Positions 22,101-37,426 of a stretch of DNA of 37,426 nucleotides are shown one piece after another (the stretch's first letter is position 1; each line of letters begins with the position of its first letter). The stretch spans positions 1-37,426 of the forward strand of contig LPNZ01009670.1 in the NCBI GenBank assembly GCA_001655205.1, given 5' to 3'. The stretch comes from Lenisia limosa (lineage: Eukaryota; Protista; Breviatea). The notes beneath the pieces are model-generated. The model had not been told where the DNA came from. It searched no databases and saw only the letters and a program-made list of their open reading frames with translations. A program made the translations under genes and the position numbers.

Positions 22101-25100
22101 ATGTGCAAATCAATACAAAGCTCGTCAATACAACAGACTTTTCCTTTCTCGTAGTCGTTTGCAATGGCAGCGTTGCCAGTAATGTTGTAAAGCTAAATAA
22201 GTCAGAATCGCCTTAGTAAATTATGAAAATATATAGATCATCATAAACAATAGTACTCAACTGATATCGACAATCAATATTAATAGGTAAATATTGATAA
22301 ATTAACGAGTGCAACCCACCTCCTCAGCTTCCAATTTTCTGTTTTTCTCTTTCTGTGTCAGTCTCTTCCTGTAGAAATATTAGTAGGCTAAGAAATTAAG
22401 TCTTCACACAAAAACCCAAAATTATGTCACACCAACCCTGCTTCCACACCACCCTCATAACCAATGTACCTTCGGCTTCACTTCGGTTCGAAAAAAAAGA
22501 CAAAATTTCTTGATAATTCTTCTACAATTATCGATGTTTTCCCGGTATTTTTCGAGCCGAAGTGAAGACCTACATGTAACCCCCCAACCCCATGCCCTGC
22601 TTGAGGGCCACACGGTCGCGGCGATGCTTTGCATTCTGCGTTTTGAAATGAGCCCGGCGATTGATCGCAAGGTCTTCCTCCTTCTTCTTCTGCTTGGCTC
22701 TGCGTTTCTTGAAGATGTTGTCTTCTTCTTCGGTCAACTGTGGAGTGGGGGGGGGGGAGTAAAACTGGAAAATTTATGAAACAAAAAACTCAAATCAACT
22801 CTNNNNNNNNNNNNNNNNNNNNNNNNNNNNNNNNNNNNNNNNNNNNNNNNNNNNNNNNNNNNNNNNNNNNNNNNNNNNNNNNNNNNNNNNNNNNNNNNNN
22901 NNNNNNNNNNNNNNNNNNNNNNNNNNNNNNNNNNNNNNNNNNNNNNNNNNNNNNNNNNNNNNNNNNNNNNNNNNNNATAATGTGAATCCTTTAGGTGAGC
23001 AGTTGGCAAAATGGTAAAACATATATATTATATCCCCCACCACCGAGAATTAAAACAGCCTTCAAACCTTCTCTAGTACGGGCTCAACAATAGGCCAATG
23101 GATGACACCGTTGTGAGTGAGGTAGTCTGGCTGGACTGGAAGCACGTGTTTGTAGATGGAAAGAAGACGATCAATGGCGCCCTACGGGGGAGGGAGTAAA
23201 ATTGTTAAATTTATGAAACAACAAGCCCAAATTAACTCTGTTGCTGACAATACACAAGGGTTGATAACAACAAAACAAAGAGCAGGTGAATTCTCTTTTG
23301 CAACCAATCTCTTAAATTGATTTTTCTTTCAGATTTAATTCGAGTGAAGACAATAAACACAGTCCAGAGATTTATCCAGAATTTTATCATGTAAAAATTG
23401 TAACACATTCAACAATAGCAATTTCAATAAAACCTCCAAGATCATAATTAGGGTGCCGTGCAATTAATTGACAGCTGTAATTAATTTCAACTATTTTTTC
23501 TTCGTCTCCACAATTAATTACCAATTAATTACCAATTAATCACATAAATTAATTGCGTATTTTTCGCTGGGCACAACCTTTGTTATTAAAATTGATCCTT
23601 GAAGCCCTGCTTATTATTTTTTGAAGATAATACTCTATCGTCAAACAACCCAAGGCAATGAAAGTAGGTATTTTCAATCTACTGTTGTCATTTTTATTTT
23701 AAAACTGTTGAAAATGCCAATTGATTGGTTTGCAGAAAGAGAGTGCAATTTAATTGGTGGCCATTAGTTGGTAATTAATTAATTNNNNNNNNNNNNNNNN
23801 NNNNNNNNNNNNNNNNNNNNNNNNNNNNNNNNNNNNNNNNNNNNNNNNNNNNNNNNNNNNNNNNNNNNNNNNNNNNNNNNNNNNNNNNNNNNNNNNNNNN
23901 NNNNNNNNNNNNNNNNNNNNNNNNNNNNNNNNNNNNNNNNNNNNNNNNNNNNNNNNNNNNNNNNNNNNNNNNNNNNNNNNNNNNNNNNNNNNNTTTTCAC
24001 AAGCGTTGTTAATTCATTTCATTCAACTATAAGATAATAGCAGACCTTTCCCTTGGATTTGAAGGCCTTCCTGAACTCCATGTCCATGTACTCCCGAAGA
24101 ACTAGAGGGTGAATGACACAATTGTAAGTGGTGCGCATTATAGCTCCATTTTAGGCACTTTGTTTCCAAGTATTCACGGATCGCCAAAAAAAACCACATG
24201 TAAATTATTAGATTTCTGCAAAAACCAGTCAAAGTCATCAGAATTCAAATAGTCGAAGCGCTAAGACTCCACTATGCACCACATTGAGGACTATATCAAC
24301 AGCGATCTCATAAAAGAAAAAAAAAATATTCCAAAACTGAATCCCACTTGGAAGCGAAAGGAAGTAGTATGGTTTCGTCATCATGGTCTGTGTGAGCGTT
24401 TCCGTGCCTTCCTCTATGGGTATTAGAAGAGAGAAAATGCATGCCTTAAATAGTAGGTAACTGCTCCAAAGTAAGACTCCGCAACTAACCTTTGTCGTCT
24501 TCTTTGAACCACTTCTTCTCAAAAACTTCTTCTCTCAGAATCGTGAAGTCCATTTCATGTGTAGCCAGTCCAAGCATAATAAGATCAGCGTCCTGAGGTG
24601 TCAAGGCTGAATTGGCCAAATAATTGTACTTTGCAGTGTTGATCAAACATGATTACGATGATTCTATGGCCACACATTAAACTTGCTATAATATTATGTT
24701 AGAACCACAGAAAATATTCTCATTATCCTGTAATGAATATGCTTCATACTCTTTTTATTTCAAGGACTCCCCCCCCCCCCCNNNNNNNNNNNNNNNNNNN
24801 NNNNNNNNNNNNNNNNNNNNNNNNNNNNNNNNNNNNNNNNNNNNNNNNNNNNNNAGGACTCTCTGGTGGCGAATATATTCCATAATCTAAGAAAATGTAA
24901 AGGAATGGAAAGTATCAAAATCACTGGAATTAGCATCGGAGTTATATTGCAATATAAGTATGTTTTGACCCAAATGAACAAGAAAAGGAGCTATAACGAA
25001 ACATTACGACGCAAGTGTCCAAACAAGAATGTGATAACTGCAGCAAGGGTCGATTATACAATGCATGTGGGGTTCATAAAACGTTACCCTCCATATAAGC

Positions 25101-27134
25101 CAGATATAGAGACGCTCCTGACCTTGTGTTCACCTTCACCTGGTACATTGGCGTCAGAGAGAATAACGCGGATCTATGGTGTGAGATTCTCATCAGCATT
25201 TATGATGGGAGTGATGCCATTTTAAAGGGAAGGATACATTTTTTAGGGCTACGTGCAATTACTTTTTTAAAGAAATTAATTGACAAAATTTGAAATTAAA
25301 GTGCCAGAAATTGAGTTTACATTACAATCTCTCGCACATTTGGCAATTATTTTTTCAATTAGTTAGACGGAGCCCTAATATTTTCCCATGATCAATTATT
25401 TTACTTGACCTACTCTTACTTCGATATCACTACTCGGAAGTCCAATCAACATTATTTTTTTAAAAAAAAATAGTCAAAAACAGAATCCCACCTTGCTCCA
25501 TGCCAAATTGGTGTTCATTCTGTGTAGAACGTAGCTCCTCAGGACCTTGGCGAGATTGTCCATGAAAGGGGTACCCGGTGTAATCACATTGGAGTCAAAG
25601 GATTCCTGATTGTGAAAAAGGAACAGGGACAGAAGTGAAATGCTAGATATGAGCATATGATATTAAAGAGGGAGAATAAACTTATGAAACAAAAAAACTG
25701 ACTAAATGAAAAGATGACGAAATTATACTTTGATAAAAAATACACCATAATAATCATCCTCTTATACCTCAGCTCCTTCCAGAGACTTCCATTCCTCGTA
25801 TTCTTCCTGAGTCTAGAAAAGTAATAAATAAAACACTGAATTGGCAAATATGATATCAGAGTTATCATGTTTGTAAATGGCTGGATAATTTGGGGTGTTT
25901 TCATTGTTTCTTTTCATATTATAAACTACTTCCAGGTTTTGATAACAAGGTCGAAAAAACAAACAACACAATGAAATCCGCTGTGAAATAACACCTTTCC
26001 AGCATGCTAAAAACAAGAAAAAAAGAACCCATTCCCACGATCTCGCCAGTTTTGATACCCTCTTTCATAAAGTCGTCTTCGGCCCTAATGTGAAAGGCTC
26101 TATCGCGTGCCGACCTACAAAATCAGGAGACTCTTCGTTTATATTTTGCATGTAACAACCATGTTTTCAACTATTTTGGAAACCCATCCCTGACACAACC
26201 ACCGCCAAAAAGCCCCACACCTGAATCGACGGGATCGTTGCTGATTGATCTTGGCACGAGGGGCAATCCCATCTGCTTAGTAATGACTGAACCAAAAAAG
26301 AAGAAACCAAGTCAGAGTATTCCCAAGTCTTCGTTTTCCAGAAACAAAATGGTTTTCTAATGTCAAATACGCGACATTGTATAAATCGCCATGAATCAAT
26401 CGGTCCTTCTTCATACCAATAGCCATGTAGATCATCTTCCTTGGACGAACAAGTGCAACCATACGGTCGATGACATCAATAATCTGAGCAGCAAATTAGT
26501 GACGAATTAAGATATGATAATTGGGGGACTATGGTGGCAGGTATAATACATCCAAGTTTCTAACCTTTTTGAATTTTTCCATATCAGTAGGGGGTGCGTC
26601 TTCTTTTTCGGGATGTGTACAGGGATGTATGATTCCGTTCATATCTAAAAGAGTGAGGGGGAAACAATTATATTTGTATGTGCCCCCCTCCCCTCTCCAA
26701 CCAAGATAAAGGTTGTCAAATTCCTTCTGATTAGGGTTTGGCTGAGTGATGTCGACCTAAACTGTCAAAAGGGCACTAGTTATTCTATCACAATTGGAAA
26801 GACTTGAAATGTGCAGGTTTTTGGTGTCATTGTCCATATCCCATTGTTTCACCTAAGAGGTATGTAGGATTGATAGGCAAATTCCCTAGCTACCTCATTT
26901 TTTGACCCATCATCGTTGAACAAAGGAGGGCTTTCAACTGAAGACGCAACAACCTTCGGGTATTTCTGGGGGGTAACTTTGATTCGTAATATCTCATATT
27001 AATAATATTTGAGACAATTACAAGACTTATCAATATCGTTCAAACAAAGGTATTCTTTAACCTTTATTCTTTCATCCCCATCAAGAGCTCCAGCAAACCG
27101 CTGTCAACCACCGATAGAAGGCAGGGACACCCAT
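16148..27134 (-). CDS. XRN2: 5'-3' exoribonuclease 2 (XRN2/Rat1), >35 coding exons, some hidden in N gaps
   Basis: [10 protein letters not shown] (ATG at 27134), [150 protein letters not shown]. The C-terminus is most likely ..QRKRKA* (TAG at 16148-16150). Confidence 0.96.
17891..17971. mobile_element. Tc1/mariner-type MITE (81 bp) with TA target-site duplication
   Basis: TA|caatgaccggggg-aagtcttgaccgattttct ... agaaaatcggttaagactt-cttat-cccggtcactg|TA. The two arms are inverted complements, with CAGTG-like termini flanked by TA; lies in an XRN2 intron. Confidence 0.8.
20087..20170. mobile_element. MITE-like element, family GGGCTTCACTTCGGTTCGAA, copy 1
   Basis: Left end gggcttcacttctgttcgaa, right end ttcgaaccgaagtggagccc (terminal inverted repeats); in an XRN2 intron about 10 nt from the donor. 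Confidence 0.8.
22474..22570. mobile_element. MITE-like element, same family, copy 2 (opposite orientation)
   Basis: ggcttcacttcggttcgaaaa ... ttttcgagccgaagtgaagacc. The internal part, reverse-complemented, matches copy 1 (aataccg, gaagaattatcaag). Confidence 0.8.
22738..22802 (-). repeat. Intron 3'-end repeat family, partial copy in XRN2 intron (runs into N gap)
   Basis: Sense sequence: agagttgatttgagttttttgtttcataaattttccagttttactcccccccccccactccacag. Confidence 0.85.
23182..23286 (-). repeat. Intron 3'-end repeat family, copy in the neighbouring XRN2 intron
   Basis: Sense sequence: cctgctctttgttttgttgttatcaacccttgtgtattgtcagcaacagagttaatttgggcttgttgtttcataaatttaacaattttactccctcccccgtag. 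Confidence 0.85.
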
Positions 27135-27150
27135 TGTCCTAGAGTGCCAC

Positions 27151-27423
27151 CTATGTGAAGATAAGAAGGTGAGTGATGAGAACTGCTATGCCATTAAGGT
27201 AAAAAACTGATAATGAATATAATTATGAAAAGTAACAAAAGGGAAGAGGGTGAAGACTGCAGGTAGGAAAAGGGGTGTAGTTGTGAAGAAATGAGACTAT
27301 TTTGGACAGGGAACTTTTGCAAGCCACACGTCAATAAAAATACAGTAGCCTCGCAACATGATCATGTATAATAATCATAATAATAAATTTCAACTTAAAA
27401 GACAGCACAGATTGATAACATAC
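27151..27423 (-). other. Probable 5'UTR intron of XRN2
   Basis: On the minus strand: donor gtatgt near 27423 and a pyrimidine-rich acceptor cttcacatag ending near 27151, a few nt upstream of the ATG. Confidence 0.55.
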
Positions 27424-27429
27424 GCTTGA

Positions 27430-27760
27430 AGGTTCTGTCAGCAGATCGAAAGGAGGTACAAGAATACTCAAATTTATTTTCCTGCTGAATCCTAGTGAAA
27501 TATGTTCAATAATTTGTTTTGTCTCTGTTGACCACAAAAAGGCTGTAATCGCGCGCATTTTGGGACTAATAATACAGAGTATATAGACACCACGCGGCGA
27601 TATACGGTATTAATGTATATTGTTGTTTTCATGGGAATGCTTTTTACGTGTGATTTATTGATTTATTGATAGTACAACCGAGTTGAAGGATCGGTGGAAA
27701 AACTTGAGAAGATTTATCCCGGGTGTAAGCCGCCTACGCTGCCTATCCATTACTATGGGA
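27430..27760. promoter_or_regulatory. Short divergent (head-to-head) intergenic region between XRN2 and PFK-2/FBPase-2; candidate bidirectional promoter
   Basis: The two start codons are about 630 bp apart and point outward. No specific motif identified. Confidence 0.45.
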
Positions 27761-27764
27761 TATC

Positions 27765-32668
<4,904 letters not shown>

Positions 32669-32815
32669 TTGATTATCTCTTTGCTTTTTGACACATTCAA
32701 TTATTCTGGATTTTGATTCAATACTGGATTTGAAAAAAGTTTCTCTAATTGCAATAATGTATAATATATCAAAACTGAAGATACTGATGTTAGCGTTGAG
32801 GGAAGAGACCCGTGA

Positions 32816-35800
32816 CTAGGGCTGTGGTCTGTGCTTGGTGAGGATGATGCTGGAGTCACGAGAGAGAGCCATGTCAGCAACCATCGTGTCTATGTGTATG
32901 AGCTAGGTCAAAAGATAACTTGAGGACCTACTGCACTACCCTCTTATCCTCTTACGGTTACTATGTTGCGAGTCAAAGCGAACGTAGATACCAGGTTTGT
33001 CACATGCGCTTCCTGTTTTAGCTAAAAAGTCAAGTACATGATACAATGATATATCATTTCATATGAATCATGTGCTGGAACTGAACTGGTACCCATGCCC
33101 TCAAACATCCAATAAGGAAACCTGCGCCACAGACATCTAAAGCATTATGTACGCAAATCAAGAAAGGACGGTTTTCATTTTATTTTCCGATGAAGTAATT
33201 AGGAGCATACCACTGGTGGTACTGACTGTGCTGTAGCCGTGGTATTTGAAACTGGAAATGGGACAATTAGTCCCATCTTCTGTCTTGAACTTCTCTGAAA
33301 TGTCCAGCGGGGTAATCTGGGAGGATAAATCAATTAAAGTTAGAACGAAGATTAAATTAACTCTCCATTCTTTTCAAAGTATCAACAAAAAAACAGAGTA
33401 TATAATACCTGATGTTCAGCGGTTTCAAGGTCCTCATTCGAGCCACAGGCAAAGACCTTGCCAGACTCTAAAAAACATTTCAAAGAGTGATATTTTATAT
33501 TTTTTGTCATATACTACTAGTATATCATATCATATCATATTTATATATTANNNNNNNNNNNNNNNNNNNNNNNNNNNNNNNNNNNNNNNNNNNNNNNNNN
33601 NNNNNNNNNNNNNNNNNNNNNNNNATGGGGATATGAATAGAAGCAATATGATCATCAGGTTTTCGTCAGTATACGTGAGCCCTTCCATAATATCCATTAC
33701 TAATTCCTATAGAATTGTAGCAATTGTTCTTACCCATGACAAAGAAACATGCTTCGTTTGTACACATCGCACTGATAACATTCGAGAGTCCTGAGACCTC
33801 GAAAAACTCAACCATAGTTGTGCTGGTGAGAGGCATACACAACTCTCCGAGGGAATTGCTGCCTCTGACAAAGACGCGTTTGTCCGCTGTGGAGGTGAAA
33901 CCAGTAATGAGATAACGAAACGAGAAACATGGATAAGATGTATCAGATGCCATGTCGGTGAGATATAAAACGACTTTAGGTATTCTACAACCACCTTGTA
34001 GCACAAATTTCTACATTCTTCATCCTTCTTTTTGTTTTGGAAACCAATATCACAAGCAACATAATTTTCACCTAATCAGAGATATTTCCACCAACTATTG
34101 AATATTTGCGATTTTTCAATCCCACAAAACACCAGTACCCCTTACTTGAGACAACAGCAACGTTACGCTGTCCAACGTGGATCTTATCTGGAGTACCAGA
34201 AGGGAGGAATTTGGATACAGGTGGCGACTGGAGAGGTCAGTGCATGCTGAGTGTATCAGACTATTGGAGGATTAGTTTTAAATCTTCTGGATTAACTGTC
34301 ACAGCCGAACTCCCAATTTGGCTATTCGTTGTTCCCACCCAGCTTACTCGGTCAAGGATGACACCAACACTACCATGTGACGAATAACCACATGCGTAAA
34401 TAGCACCATCATCTGGAACAATTATTAAGGATTCCTCAAGTACCGAACATTCCAATGGCCAACCAAGAAGCATAGCGTTAACATGGGCACCGGGAAATGC
34501 GTCGACAATAGTTCGGCCGGATGGCGGGTGGATCTATTGGAGGGATGGGCTAGTTAATGCAGTGGTGTAAAATGAGAAATAAAACAAGGTTGATGAACAA
34601 TACATAATTATATCATATACTCAACTATGATTTTTGAAAACAATCATCAATATCACTTAGAAAAACAAAAAAAAACATTCCATCTTTCATATTACTCCAT
34701 CTTGTATATCATCTTAAAATATACTCTGGATAGAGGGAGTGGGTTGATGAGGTAAGAAACAATACGATAATCACCTCTTAATCAAAGAGCGTACCTGGGT
34801 TGGGACAGCGTAATGTGCTATGTTATCCCCGTTGAAACACTCCTTGTAGTTGCAATATGAAGTCAGATACACGTCCATGTTATCTTTGGAGTAAAGGGGA
34901 CCATCAATAGTATAGTATATAGTATATATTCATAGTATATATATAATAAGCTTATACATGTATAATATATGTATGTATTATATACATCATACAATATCAT
35001 ACTATATCATACTATATCATATAATTATATATATACTATATAATATGCATTTATTATATCCATAGATATATATTATATCAGTAATTAAACAATAATATTA
35101 CGGCCAAAGCTTACCAGTAAAGAGCATAAATGATAGGTAACACGCCTTTATATTCACAATAGCAACGGGTGGAATGAAAATCTACGAAATTAGATGTATG
35201 GTTTCTAATATAACAAATGGATTGTAATATTGCTTAAAGTGTTAAAATAGAGAAGAAGAAATACTTGTTCCACTCTCACTGAAGGCGTGGATGTGGCAGT
35301 ACTGAACATTCCGAACTCAGGAGCTCCCCAAATCCAAATTTGGTTTTCTTAACTGTTAGTTTGGTTCTCAATAATAGTTGTCTATAAAAGCTAGAGAGCT
35401 ATTCAGTTATTCCTACTATTTCTAAAAGCTACATATTTATCACCATTGTATAGCGTGAAGAGGTTATCAACACACCGGAGTCAAGAGCAGCAATAGTATT
35501 ACGAACGGATTCGAGCTTCTTAATCCCGTGGCCTCTAGCAAGGTTGAAAGTCATGTCAATCCTAAAGTCAATCAGTCTTATTAGGAGATAAGTCAGTGAT
35601 ATATCCTCTCAAACACATCATTTTGAATATGCAATATGTTATGACTTCATTGCCTATCACATTTAGCATTCCACTCAAGAGTACAATCTTGTATTATTAA
35701 CTCAATCTTCAGAAATAGAAAAATGCAAAAGATTATCCAAAAACAATTACCTTGGGTCAGTGATTGCACCTGGTGACATTAAAACAGTGTTTGTGTTAAT

Positions 35801-37426
35801 GCCACATCCATCAAGATAGGCTGAAAGGTGAAAGAAATTACAATCAAAAATGGGTAAATATATAGTAATACTTAATATCCCTTTCATTGTTTTGCTAATT
35901 GTTGGCAGATCCCTATCGCAATCACAAAGCAACAATAATAACAATGAAATAGAACATTGAGATATTTTGGGATATTTTGGGGTAAATCGCGTTTATTAAT
36001 CTCACTTGGTCCAAATTGCTGGCATGTTGGTAGTGGTGACCAGCCATCTTGCTCTGTACAATGGAACGTACTGTCCCCTACTAGTGTGCTTGGCTGCGAG
36101 TGGGGATAAGGGAAAAAAATGACAGAAACCATAGCTACATACATATATCATATCATATACAACCTAGAGGTTTCAAAGATGTTTCAACACATACACACTT
36201 TTCCAATAGTTAGAATTTAAAGGACAAATAAAAAATGAAAACAATAAAACATACTAGAGACACATATCAAAAGTGAAGAGAGCTACCTTAGCAGGGAGTA
36301 TGTTTCAAACCTCAGTACAGCGAATGGTACATTCCTTGACACCGTCATCATATCGACTGAAAAGTCACAATAGATTTATTCTGAGACAGATCTGAATAGT
36401 ATTGAATAGTACTACAAAAATCCTCCACAGTAAGAGTAAAAGAGTTTCATTCTAGCTAGTGATGCAATACGACAATAATGACGGGCATACATGCAATTGA
36501 TGTCCGCGGTGGTGGTGACTGGGACTGCTGCGCAAACTAAACAGGTCAACAGAATATTTTTACGGTAGACAAATACGTACAAAAAGAAATAATATAAAAA
36601 CTTGTTAAGTTTATGTGATATTATATATGATATATAAAAGCTCCTTTTGCTGGACTTAAGTATTCTAACGGTTATTCTCAAAGAATAACCCTGCTCTCAT
36701 ACTTCCTGCAGTTTTGGCAGCAAGTGTGTCTATATCAACCTGTGGGGAGTAAAATAGAATTGTAAAAACACCAAACAATCAAAATCAGAAGGAGGCGGAA
36801 GCACTTAATCCTAAAGGGTACCCCACTTCATGAAGAAAAGGCATATCATCTTTGGATTTAAAAAAAAAACAATCATATAGAATATACAGCTGGAAGCAAA
36901 AGCAAATGCTAGGATTTTAGTGATCACTCTCAGTTCGGTATTGTGACCCACCTTTCTTGCAGCGTGGTTTGCTTCAGTAGGTGCAGCAACCTCAGTTACG
37001 ACCAAGCCGTCCTTCTGAATTCGAGGGGGGCTGAGAGGTAAAGATCGTGAGAACTGCGATGATTGAATTGACTGTGTCTGCGGGTGACATTAGGAAACTT
37101 CAAGAGTAAACGTTGGAAAAATAGAACTTAAAATGAACAAAACAAAGAGAGGCATGCGGACAACCTCAGCCCAGAAGTAGTGTGAAGAGTGACAGGGGCC
37201 GCCTTGGATAGACAAAAAAAAAACAAATGATTGGATGGCTGAGCGTAACATATGAAATTAGAAGAAACATAAGATAAAGAAACATGTGATACGATATACA
37301 AATGCGAACCGGACAACAGAAAGCAAGCTCATAGTATCCAAGATGATATCCCATAAACACTCATATCAAACATATAAGCAATGCAGTCGAAGACAAGGCC
37401 CAGCATGACGCAAATGAACACAGTGT
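32816..37426 (-). CDS. Protein with an N-terminal hydrophobic segment, one Sushi/CCP domain and multiple RCC1-like repeats; 5' end outside the window
   Basis: CCP: ICAAVPVTTTADINCIRYDDGVKECTIRCTEPSTLVGDSTFHCTEQDGWSPLPTC. RCC1-like repeats: IKKLESVRNTIAALDSENQIWIWG, TIVDAFPGAHVNAMLLDDGAIYACGYSSHGSVG, KIHVGQRNVAVVSTDKRVFVRGSNSLGELC, NVISAMCTNEACFFVMESGKVFACGSN. The 5' exons above 37000 are ambiguous in frame. Confidence 0.8.
34908..35060. repeat. AT-rich TAGTA/TATCA satellite with inverted halves in an intron
   Basis: tagtatagtatatagtatat.. on the left; atactatatcatactatatcat..tatactatat on the right. Confidence 0.7.

Noticed and set aside
24600-24665. [12 protein letters not shown] segment resembling XRN YDPNTRHCLYG
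   Set aside because: There are no usable splice sites to join it to DADL; the real residues probably lie in N gap 24782-24854.
33625-33710. Possible extra exon in the RCC1 gene
   Set aside because: The flanking exons join directly in phase (CFFVM|ESGKVFACG), and the phase-compatible frame of this segment runs into a stop.

Overview
Intron-rich, AT-rich eukaryotic (probably protist) draft-assembly DNA. Most N gaps abut long G/C homopolymers. The standard genetic code fits, since recognisable genes end in TAG or TAA. Gene models were assembled by eye, so many exon boundaries are approximate. Gene order: 3' end of ATG8 (+); an unresolved small gene (-, about 0.9-2.3 kb); a large two-TM-cluster, two-domain class III nucleotide cyclase, probably a guanylyl cyclase with the catalytic halves in swapped order (+, about 2.9-13.9 kb); a hypothetical gene with a possible in-frame TGA (-, about 14-16 kb); XRN2/Rat1 (-, 16.1-27.1 kb, >35 exons); a PFK-2/FBPase-2 with a divergent kinase domain (+, 27.8-32.7 kb); and a Sushi/CCP + RCC1-repeat protein (-, from 32.8 kb off the window end). 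The most unusual signals are in the introns. A roughly 110-bp repeat family sits in sense orientation directly against the 3' splice site of introns in three unrelated genes. There are also at least two MITE-like hairpin families, G-runs after donors and C-runs before acceptors, and a 35-bp dispersed repeat carrying 13 nt complementary to SSU rRNA.
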